Shown piece after piece: positions 25,301-36,271 of a stretch of DNA of 64,000 nucleotides. The first letter of the stretch is position 1. The number at the start of each line of letters is the position of its first letter. The DNA comes from Podarcis bocagei (taxonomy: Eukaryota). A program made the translations under genes and the position numbers. The notes beneath the pieces are model-generated. The model saw only the letters and a list, made by a program, of their open reading frames with translations, was not told the DNA's origin and searched no databases. Where the stretch lies: the NCBI GenBank assembly GCA_964188305.1, contig OZ076889.1; one strand, given 5' to 3'.

Positions 25301-26226
25301 TCTGGAGTCCCTTTAGCAAGTTGCTAATACTGAACTCTGCATTATGTATAATCCCAGTTTTATCCAGGCACTTTAGTCGGAGCTATTTCCTTTGCATTAT
25401 TAATGTCTATAGTCCTACTAGAAAACTTAACTTGAAAGACGTTCACCAAAGAACAGAAAAGGGGAGCAGGGAAAGGAGCCCCCAGAAGGATAAATGGGGG
25501 ATTTCTTGTATTGCAGTACTATTCATATGCAATACTAAATTCACAGAAATTCTGTAAGAGCTACAGCTGAAATAATTCTCAATTCATGAACCTCTTTCAT
25601 TTTAGTACTTAATTGCAGAGTTTACCTTTCCCCCTAAATAGTGGTAATTTATTGCTTACCAGTTGTGGTTAGGATCAGGACCTTGGCCTGTGGGTGTCTG
25701 CCTAGATGCTGCCACTTTCTCTAGAAAACATGAAGGACCATCATAACCTGGCATGCATTGCAATTGTAGCTGTTAACAAGAGTTTCCAAGCAGAACCCAG
25801 CTGCACTTGTCAAGGACCACAGTAACTAGCCAAGAGTGGTTTCCAATTCTTCCATGCACTGAAGTGTCTATTCCTTCATGTCCCATCTTTTATGCTCCTG
25901 CCCTCATTGAGTTTACACATCACTCTGGTCTAACCAAAGTTACAAAGAGACCTGCCAATGTAAGTTCATAAATCATTTAAGACCGAGCCACTAGCAATCT
26001 GGCCCCAAATCTCAGCAATTCAGAGGTACCTTTGCAACCTGATTTTGTGCATGCTTACTCAGATGCAAGTCCCACTGAGTTAAATGTGACTTGCGCTGAA
26101 GTAAGTGTGCCATAAAGAGCTAACAGAATTTGCATTAAGCCAGCCAGAGGTAGGACGACGTGCACAGCCTGGTCGGTTTCTCTGCCCTCTGTCCAGTCAG
26201 GATCAGCCTTGTCTTCATGTTTTGGT

Positions 26227-26227
<1 letters not shown>

Positions 26228-26284
<57 letters not shown>
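26228..26284. repeat. (CT)n microsatellite
   Basis: Seen directly. Confidence 0.98.
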
Positions 26285-26288
<4 letters not shown>

Positions 26289-28369
26289 CTCCTTTCTCAT
26301 GCTGTTCCTCTTCCTCCTTGCTGGGTTTTCTTGAAACTGCAATTTTCTCGCTGAGCACCCAACCCCTCAAACACCCTGTTGTATTGGGGCTATTTTGCAC
26401 AGTGATGTACAAGATGCCAGGCCTTGTGTCGGCTTTGGCACAAAAGTTCCTCATTTGCCTTTTTTCATTGGTTGTTTTGCTCTTGTAGGATAAGAATATA
26501 CTGTAAATAACCTGTAACTGAATGGCCTGAATGAATCTGGGGGACCAGCCATGGGGGCTGGGCCCTGTGTCTGTGAAGCGTCATGCTGGAGTTTTTTTTT
26601 TCTTTTTTGTACTACGTGTGAGTAACTGTGCTGTGCTGACTCATTTCTGATTGTATGATGTACACCTCCCAGCAGTTGCAATGGGCCAGTGGGACAGGGT
26701 GGGAACAAAATGCCTTCTAATAATAGGAGTTGGCCTCCCTCATCTCTCTCGCTGCTCGCTCTGCATTTGCTCAATACTTTTCACAAAGTTGCAGAGTCCA
26801 ATCAAGTAAGGCTGTCACAATAAGATTAGACAGCTCAGTGTTTTCTTCTTAGCCACTCTCTCTCTCTTTGCACTGGTGCTATCGTAACAGTGTTTGCAGA
26901 GCAGAAGAGCACTGCCAATCAGTTATAGTTGAGCAGGGTGAAGTGGTAGCTCTTGATCCCTATAAGCAGGCTAGGATATTGACTGGGAGGTCCTGCTGGA
27001 ATCAGGTTAATTCACAATGAATTGGGGATGGACACTAAATATCCAGGACTTTCCCATCCCCATTTAGTTCTTGCTTTCTGCTTTTGTATGTTTTGGCTTA
27101 TGCTCTGTGAAACCTTCAGAGACTGGGGGTTTAGTTTATCACATTGAATTGTTAATAACACTAAGTACATTGCAGAATGTTGTTAGGTAGAGGATAGGAA
27201 CGCCACAACTTTGCACATTTTAAGTATATGACGATTTGAAATAACCCTGTTGAGTTTGAACTTTTGTTTAAAATGAAAAAAATAACTTTGTACATGCTTC
27301 AGATGGCTAAAACATGACCAGTCATTGCTCCTAGTAGGGCAAGGCAGCCATCTTAAATTCACATCTTATCTGTCTCCTACCCTGCCTATGAGCCACATCA
27401 TTAATTAAACCTACACTTTTATGTATTGAGTTCAACCCATTATTATATTTTTTCTTCCCAGAGGTATCAGATGTATTACAGTGCAACTTGATTCATATTT
27501 GCTCAGAAGTAACTGCTGCTGCATTTGGGCATGGGAGGAGAGCTTGATTCCCAGAAAGTATGCTTAGGATTCAGGCTAATCTTATGAGCACTTCCACCAT
27601 GAGGCTGTATCCTGGACAAATCTTCCAAATTGTGACCTGGTCACGATTCCTAAGACCAGTTTGTCATTCCAAAATGAAGTCAAAAACATAATTTTTTTGA
27701 ACCAGATCATTTCTATCCAAAAAGAGGTTTTAAGCCAGTTGTGTTGGGAGCATTTTTGTAGCCAGAAATTTTTGTTTCTCTTCATGCTGAAATGTCTTTT
27801 TGATGGTTCTAGGCAAAATGCACATGACTCTGCAACACATATTCCATTCACACAGCTCACAAAGTATCTCCAAGCTTTGAGCGTCTCATGACTTCCACCA
27901 TGATAAACGCTGCTCTGTAATGTGGAAGGCAGAAGGGTGGGCTTTCACTGGAGTAAATAGGACCTTATTTCCATCATTGCTATTACAAATACAGACAGGC
28001 CCATTGGTTGCAAGTCTCAGAGAGCAGAATTTTAAAATTTATTAAGGTGCCTGCTTTTTTGAAAAGATGCAGTTTTAGAATATTAACAGGCTGCCCAAAA
28101 AATATTGTTCATTTTTAAGGCGCCACAAGCCTCCCCCCCCAAAAAAAAGACAAACAAGGCTACCCTTCTGGAAATACTTACAAAAACATTGTAAACAATA
28201 TTGTCAACCAAAATCCTGCCAGAAAAGGTGTGTCTTGCACTCTGTCAGAAACCTTTTCTTTCAGGAATGAAATTCAAAGAATAAGAGCAGGGGAAACTGC
28301 TGTGAAGGCCTGGCTTGTGACTCATCGTCCAAATCTCATGCAGAGGTGGCACAGACAGTAATGTCTGCT

Positions 28370-28740
28370 GCATAGAAATCAGCACCCGCCCGGCTTGAAC
28401 AGAGCGAGAGACTGCATTCACATTTAACTTTTAAAACCAGCACCTTGAATTGGGTCTGGAAGCAAATTGGCAAGCAGTGCAGCCTCCCAACACCCATTAG
28501 GAGATCTGCCGCAGGAATCCGCACCAATTGAAGCTTCTGCGTCATCTTCAAGGGCAACCCAACATAGAGCGGCATTGCTGTAATAAACCAAGTTGCAGAA
28601 GCATGGATCAGCGCAGCAAGGTGTGACATGTCCAGAAAATGAAAATGTTTCTTCTGAGCCAAAGATGGGGGGATAACTCTAACCTGCTTCTCAAGAAGCA
28701 GTTCTGGGTTCAGGAGTACCCTCCAGGCTTTTACCTGCCC
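28370..28740 (-). mobile_element. L2-type LINE ORF2 C-terminal fragment
   Basis: Minus-strand peptide LYVGLPLKMTQKLQLV...LL...LHCLPI...QFKVLVL resembles the L2 motif LYxGLP...KLQLVQNAAARL...LHWLP...FKVL. Confidence 0.75.
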
Positions 28741-31097
28741 AGATAGGATTATAGAGATCCTACAACCATTTGCCCTTCCCTGTCCACCTTGCCTCTGGCT
28801 TGTCAATTGTAACCTGTTATCCACTATTCCCTTTACTGCACCTTCCAAACACAAAAGTGTTTGAGCAACAACAAGCCCATAAAGGAGGGTGCCTTATAAG
28901 ACTCCTCTCTGCAAGTTTATTATGTGATCTTTGTGATCATTGGCTTATGGCTAAGGCTGCAACTGGTGCACATACATCACTTGAGAATCTCATTTCAGTT
29001 GGTGGAATTTACTTCTGAGTAAACGTCGTTGCAATGCAAGTATGTTTGTAGTAGAAAACACAATATGGCAGTAACAGAACTCAAACATTTAAGTGGATAT
29101 CCAAAATGGAGAGGAGAGTGGAACCAGGGAGGAGGGAGAAAGAATCAGCATCAGCCTATCAACCTATCAGCCTATCTCTGGTAAGTGTATTAACATGGTG
29201 ACATAGGCCTTAGATTCGTTCCTTAGTTGAGTGAGCTGGCCAACCAGCGTACAAAAACACATGTGCCCTCTAAACACTACTTGCCCCACAAAATGAAAGC
29301 AAGCTGAGGAATGATTTTAGTCTGATTAGAAATTATAACTGAGAATGCTTCCAGCTAGGGACTTGGCATTGTGACCAAGTCATGCAGACATTCCAAATGG
29401 GTTGCTCACAACAGGTTATTATAACTTACTAGATTTCCGCTGGGAAGGGTAAATCTGGATTAAAGGGTGTGTGTGAAATAAGGACAGACATATAGAGGCT
29501 AGTGAGTCATGGATGCTGCAGAAAATACCCATGCATGAGGAGCACCCATCCCACAATAATCACCCATCTGGAAGAACCCTTAAACTAGCACTGTAAATGA
29601 CTGAAGCCAAGAACAATTCCTTGATAAACCTGAAAAGATTAAAAGGAAGCATGCAGGAGCTGGAGCCCGTGGCTGTTGCCAAAAACCAGGGGTTGTCTCT
29701 AATGGATTTCAGCTGGTCATAAACATAGGAAGTTGCCTTGGTCCATCTGCTCTAGTGCACTTTACTTTGACTGTCAGCAGATTTCCAGGTTTCGCATGGA
29801 GATCTTTCTCTGTGCCTAGAATGGAAGCTGACATCCCGCTACCTGAGCTGTGGCGCTTGTTCTCAGCTACAGGACCTTGTGGTTTCAAATGCAAAGAAAC
29901 CCAGCTTCCCTCATTCCACACACCCCTTTTGCAGTCTAGCATCCAGATAGAAGCAAGTCTTTTACTGGGCAAGAGCAGAGGAGACCCAGCAGCAGCGCTG
30001 AGAGTAAATTGCACAAAGAACAATGGGATGGATGCCAAAAGCCAAGGGTTGGAGTGGATGTCCTGCATGCTACTCAGCAGCAAATGAAGAGGGAGAGGGA
30101 AGAGGCCAGACTTTAATGCTATTCCAGCTTCAACCTTATATTGCAAAAAACGAAATAAAAATGGGGAAATTGGGAATTTCATCCATCTGATCATGAAACT
30201 CCAAAGGGCAAAGCTGGATGGTCCCTAGTGGCTCCTTCCCAGGGGCGTTGGTGCTAAGTAGCTGGGGGTTTCAGTCCCATGGAAAGCTAGAAGGAGGTTG
30301 CTGGAACACTGATAATTGCACTAATTCATCAATCCATCGGCAAACGTAGCATCCCTTCCCCGTCGTCCCTGCCAAAGACGTGTCACCCTTCTGCTTTTGC
30401 CAAGTCTCGAAGGTCTTGGCTCTGGGTGAAGCTGGGATAGCACCAAAGTCTAGGGTCTCCTTGGCTCATAAGCTACTGCTGACTGGTGGCCCAAACCTTA
30501 CAATTTTAGCTTTTTTCTAATTAAAAATGCATTTTTTAAAAAAATTAAAAAGTGAAAGAATTCCTGTTTTAGAAGAGCTGTGTACTTGACGGATTCTGTG
30601 TTTCTTAAATGCATGGTGTTCCTTCCAGGGGGTTTTATAGCACTTTTTAAATTTCTCGGAAGATTTTTTGGTCCCAGTTTCTATGCTACCTTCTTTCTCT
30701 TTCTCTTTCTCTCTGTCTCTCGCCTTTTGTTTTGGTCTCTTTCTTTTGCGGAAACAGTTCTTTGTAAACCTGCAATCTGTTTTATACCTGATGTAGACAA
30801 AATTGAAATCAAAAATTCCAGATGTTGTACATAGCTGCGGAAACAATCACGGGGAACAACTGCCATCTGGACTGTTTCCAACATAGACCATTTGTACTTG
30901 TGGTTTTAAAAAAAGAAAAGAAGCCAGGAAAAGGCTTTAAAAGCAAAATAAAAATTAAAAATAAATTAATTAAAAATCATCAACAAAGTAAAGTAACAGC
31001 CCTCTTCACCAACTCATCTGTCTCTACTAAGCTGCTCATTCCATGCAGCATGTTCCTTCTGGGTCTGTCAGTCTGTCATAACACCATTTGAAGTTTA

Positions 31098-31103
31098 AAT
31101 AAA
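31098..31103 (+). terminator. Distal polyadenylation signal AATAAA
   Basis: AATAAA followed by GU-rich CTTGTGTTG...TGTTG, just after the second UTR-like block. Confidence 0.5.
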
Positions 31104-32269
31104 GTGATCTCTTGTGTTGCCTGAATGTTGATCCTCTCTGTTTGGAAGAATGCTGACAAGAACCAGAGTCCTCTCCCTTTGATCAACACGATGGAATCAT
31201 GGGGCACAAGGGATCTCAGGGTGCTGCCCACCTGGGCTTGTACCATTTCAAAATGGGGGGGGCGGGGGCGGTATATGCATAATGGCTCCCTACCATCTAC
31301 ATGCTACATGCACATAGGTAAGTAGCACGGCCAGGAGAAGATAAGACTAGAAACTGAGACACTAGTTTTCCATGGAGCTTTATGGAGAGCATCTAGCACC
31401 ATAGTTTCCCACCTTGTGTCTGGAAGTGGTACAATTCAAGGACAACCTGGTTCTTTTTAACCTGGAGCTAATTTCTGGTTCCCTTACTAGCTGTGGTTGC
31501 CTAGGGGCTGATTGTGTGTGGCTATGTGTCTGTCTTCATCCCATTACCTTCTTCTGTTCTGTAATCCAAATGCTGCCCTGTAATCAGTGCTTTAGCAAAG
31601 CAAAAATGGCACTAGGGGAAAATGCAGTTCTCAGACTTGTTTCAGAACAGCCATGGCGACATCTTCTGCTGGAGGACCAGCATAATCAGCAGACCTTTCT
31701 TGCCTCAGGCAAGTGAATTGAGTGATAATGAGGCTGTCAATTTTTTCTACTATGTTTTATCAGATTAGCATGGAGCTGGGGTGCAGAATCACTAGCCCTT
31801 CAGATGTTGCTGGAGTGCAGTTCCCCTTATCTGTGACCATTGACCATCCTAGTTGGGGCTGATGAGAGGTAGAATCCAACAGCAGTTGGATTTAGGGGTC
31901 GGTTCCTCCACCCCTAGCATAGGGAAAGAATTAGAAACATTTGAGGAGGCTGGATACATTGTCGTCTTTTGTTTGATGCAGTTCCTACTTCACACCAACA
32001 CTTCTTTTGCAAATTTGCATTTCAAATTAAACCTAAGCTTTCATTTCAGCTGGCTGGAGGTTTTGTTGTTGTTTTGTTAAAGCTCAATAGGTTGGTTTAC
32101 AAATTGAATCTGTGCTCTCAGAAGCAAGCACCTCTGAGTTCAGTGAAGCTTACTCTCAGGTAACTATGATTGTAATCACGCTACATGACTAACATAAACA
32201 GGTCTTCCCAATCATACTCAAACATGCTAACCACTACACCACACCTTTTTATCATATATAATATAAAGT

Positions 32270-33075
32270 GGCAAGTGGGGTGCAACACTGTTATGTCTTG
32301 GTTCCATTGTTCAACATATTTATAAATGACTTGGATAGTGGAATGAAGGGATGCTCAACATATCTGCAGATGACACCAAACATGGAGGGGTAGATAAGAC
32401 CACAGAATTGGTAATCAATATGGCCTTAACAGGTTGGAGAGCTGGGCCAAAACTAACAGAGTGAATGTAAGGTTCTACACTTAGGCAGGAAGAACCACTT
32501 GCACCAATGGGGGACACTTGGCTTGCCAGTAGTATATGGGAAAAGGATCTAGGGGTCTTAGTAGACCACAAGCTTAACATGAGTCAACAGTGTGATGCAG
32601 CAGCAAAAAAAGGTCAATGATCTTCCTGGCTGCATCAACAGAAGTATAGTGTCCTGATCAAGGGAAGTCATAATACCACTCTATTCTGCCTTGGTCAGAC
32701 AGCACCTGGAGTCCTGTGTCCAATTCTGGGCACCACAGTTTAAGAAGGATATTGACAAGCTGGAACATGTGCAAAGGAGAATGACCAAGATGAGCAAGAG
32801 TCTGGAAATGGAGCCATATGAAGAATGTTTGAGGGAACTAGGTATGTTAAACCTGGATAAGAGAAGGCTTAGAGGAGACATGATAGCCATCTTTAAAAAT
32901 CTAAAGGGCTATTACGTGGAAGATGGAGCAAACCTGTTTTCTCTTGCTCCAGAGGGTAGGACTCAAACCAATGGATTCAAGTTCCACACAAAAAAGATAC
33001 AAACTGACTTTCTGATAGTAAGAGCCGTTTGACAAAAGTGGAATGGACTCACTTGGAAGGTGGTGGACCCTTTCT
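32270..33075 (+). mobile_element. CR1 LINE reverse-transcriptase/3' fragment
   Basis: FNIFINDLD...ADDTK-like segment and ORF 32691-33032 (LESCVQFWAPQFKKDIDKLEHVQRRMTKM...RRLRGDMIAIFK). Confidence 0.92.
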
Positions 33076-33925
33076 AAGCTTACTCTGTTTCCTGTGAAAC
33101 CAACCACTGCCCAGACCAGCACCAAACTATCAGATGAATGTTGGTTAAAAGACTCTCATCACTGTAGCCTGCCTCTTCACATTGACTAGGATATGGGTGA
33201 TTGATTAGTCTCCATTATCGGACCATTTAGTGCATTTTGGTGTGTATTGTTCTGAGTGATTGGGTCTATTCACTGAAGAAAGTGTGTCAACTCCACACCA
33301 GCTCTTTATTTCCTGCTCATTGGTCACTTTGCTTGTTAACACAACCTCATGACATCTGACAGGACTCATCAATGACAGCATTGATTCCAAGGGAAGCCGT
33401 TTGCCAATGGGGAGAGTCTAACCCAATAGCAGAATTTGGCTGGAGCTCAGGATGTGATGGTTGCTAGAGGAATATTTTATCAAACAATTGCTTGCTGGCT
33501 CCCAAAAAAACCAGTGGGGAGTAAGGGATTCTCAAGGTCACTACACTTAAACGGATGTTGGTACAGATGCAGAGGTAGAACAAAACTGCAGTTCCACCGA
33601 TTGTTGAAATCATTGATAACTGAGCTGATTTTAACAGACAAAAGTTGAGATGTATCATCACCATGATTTTAGGGTGGAGATGGGGGCCTGTTTTGATGAG
33701 ACAACTGCAATCTTATTGGGAAGCTCTGCTGAATACAATGCATTGCACAGCTGGACATATCTGAGGGTGATGGCATCTACCTTGTGGAATGATTTCCCCA
33801 CAGAAGTAACGATGTTGGATGACTTCCACTGGAAGTTAAAAATACACTTGTTTACCCAGTTATTTTCCTGATCTCCCCCAGTATTGCCTTTATATTCCCC
33901 AGCTGAATCAGTTTTGAAAATTGGA

Positions 33926-33967
<42 letters not shown>
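33926..33967. repeat. (TTA)n microsatellite
   Basis: Seen directly; follows a decayed L2-like 3' segment (~33700-33900). Confidence 0.95.
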
Positions 33968-34664
33968 GTGGCATTAGGTTTTATATGCCAGCCGCTTTGA
34001 TAATCACCAGAGAAATTAAATGTGGTATATATACATATTGGACAACCTAGGGAAAGTTTTGTGTTTCTTCTGCTATGTGCACCTGATATGTCTCACCCAC
34101 CACACAAATATAATTGTCATAACTCCTATGAAACTGGGTCAGTTGCAATTTAGGGCTGTGCATTCATTTCACAACAAATGAGACGCCGAACTAGATGGAA
34201 CCATTTAGTGCAATTTCATTAATTACAGAAGGAGCGTCGGGAATAATCGGTGGGTATGAATAGGGTTCTTGTTGCTCCACTGGTACCTGTTCATCATCCT
34301 TTCAATGGTGTGGGGGGTGGGGGCTGCTTCTTTTGTTTAGGGCCAGCAGAGCCGCTTCCAGCGCCTCCTTCAGGCAGCTGCACCAATGACAACAAAATGT
34401 AAAAGAAACAAAAAAAGACACAATGCCTGTAAGAAATGAATAACGAAAGTAATGAGATGATTAACAAGAGCAAGAGGGAACTGGAAGTGGGGAAAGATCA
34501 ACATCTCTATCATAAACTGCACTGCAGCCCAACACATGTTTGTTTGGAAGGAAGTTTCATTGTGTGCAATGCACCTTGCTCCCATGAGCTGTGTTAAGGA
34601 TTGCAGCCTCAGACACAGCAGAATACAGCCATTCTGATTTTATTCCTGAAAGATATATGTGATA

Positions 34665-34737
34665 AAATCATAGAATCAAAGAGTTGAAAGGGACCATCAG
34701 GGTCATTTAGTCCAACCCCCTGCAAATGCAGGAATCT
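34665..34737 (-). mobile_element. CR1 3' terminal fragment
   Basis: AATCATAGAATCAAAGAGTTGAAAGGGACC...AGTCCAACCCCCTGCA is the reverse complement of the CR1 tail also seen at 55225-55292 (+) and ~3625-3665 (-). Confidence 0.75.
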
Positions 34738-35562
34738 TTCACCCAACCTGGGTTTCGAACCCAAGACCCTTTCTACCAACCTCTCTACCAACTTATTAGA
34801 GTACACCAAAGGAATGGTACTGCTACAAGTCTTTCCACATTCTGAATTCCAGATAAGCTACTTGGGAGTATTTTAAGAACTACTGAGGAGTGTCAGGGCC
34901 CTTTGATGGGGACTTTTCTCATCTGCCCCCATTAACTGAAAATACATGTTGGCATTCCAAGCACATTGACAATAGGGCAAAAATCATTAGGGCTCTTTGT
35001 TCACTTTGGGCAAAGCATGAATCCAAACCAAAGAGGCTCATTTCAGAGATGTTTGGGCCACTTTGGAATCTGTAGCGACTGAGGCCCCAAACCATCTCAA
35101 CCAAAGTGGGGAAGACGCCAAAGAACTGCTTTGAAGCACTGAAAAGGTATGTACATTCTGAAGCCTATTGGATGCATTTTTGAAACCTTCCCCAGCCTCT
35201 GAATTCTACAATGCAGTTCTCCAGGCGAGTAACCTGTACCTTAAGGTTGTGTGCATAAAATTGAAATATTAGTGAAACTAATATTTTTAATGCCTTATAT
35301 TAGGGGAAACTGCTTTGCAAAAGTATATGCATTAGAAGAAGTTGGGAGAAATGCTAACAATACTGAAATACTGCTAACTTTTCATGAGGACCTTTTCTTT
35401 CAAAAAGAACTGCAAACTGATGTGGCCATGTGGAGGCTGGAGTAATGAGATACTGAAATGGACTGTTTTGCGCATCCTGAGGCTCAGGGGTTCTAAGCGC
35501 CTTAGAACCGACTCTCCTTGCCAGAGCATTTTCATTTTTGCAAATAAATAAATAGAAGTTGC

Positions 35563-35563
<1 letters not shown>

Positions 35564-35611
<48 letters not shown>
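35564..35611. repeat. (CA)n microsatellite
   Basis: Seen directly. Confidence 0.98.
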
Positions 35612-35614
<3 letters not shown>

Positions 35615-36257
35615 CTATGATTTAGCCTGTTTGTGGTTTTCTTAATGCAGAATCTGTGTTTGTTGATGTTGGGTGGAATTCAACATTGTGCTCTTCCAAC
35701 CAATGCATTGGTGGAAGCATTCCAGCTTCCCAGATGGAGCAATACCCCCTCCCCCAAACACTGTTCTGGGGGTTTCTACTGACACCAACACCCCAAGCCA
35801 ATTTTTGAGGCTGCAGGGCATGTGGAGAATTTCTCATTGCACAAGCAGAATTATTTGTGCTGGGCTTCCACTGACGGAACTGCTCACAGCAGACCAATTC
35901 ACACTTTATGCGGCAGCCTAACCCATAAATATGTGCCAATGAGCTACAGTCAGCTAAACTCCCGGTGGTGTATTCCTCACGCCTACACACTTTGGCATGT
36001 AAACTCACATTCTAGGGGGTTCAGGGCAGCAAGCATAGGTGCTAACGCATGTACTTTATGAAGTTTGAATCCACCCTCTAACGTGCCTAGCCATGGCTCT
36101 TAGTGGTGCTGCTAACAGATTTCATGGCTGTTGGCTGTTGCATTGCTGTGAGCATACGTATTCAATAATTTAAAGTCCAGTTGTATTTTCCAATGAATGG
36201 CCTGAAAGCTGAAATAGTGGGCTGCATACAAGTGAATTAGGAATTTACACCTTGCAG

Positions 36258-36271
36258 CCAGCAGATGGCAC
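36258..36271 (+). promoter_or_regulatory. Candidate CTCF site
   Basis: CCAGCAGATGGCAC fully matches the core CCASYAGRKGGCRS; intergenic. Confidence 0.55.

Larger units (their letters stand above)
18725..31125 (+). other. NAV1: Putative long NAV1 3'UTR (distal isoform)
   Basis: No coding exons. UTR-like U-rich blocks at ~26330-26660 and ~30560-30910 carry Pumilio and miRNA seed motifs, followed by AATAAA at 31098-31103. Extent is inferred. Confidence 0.5.

Noticed and set aside
26055-26488. ORFs with ERER/SLSL repeats (also at 35354-35611, 45867-46142, 62754-63183)
   Set aside because: Translations of dinucleotide microsatellites.
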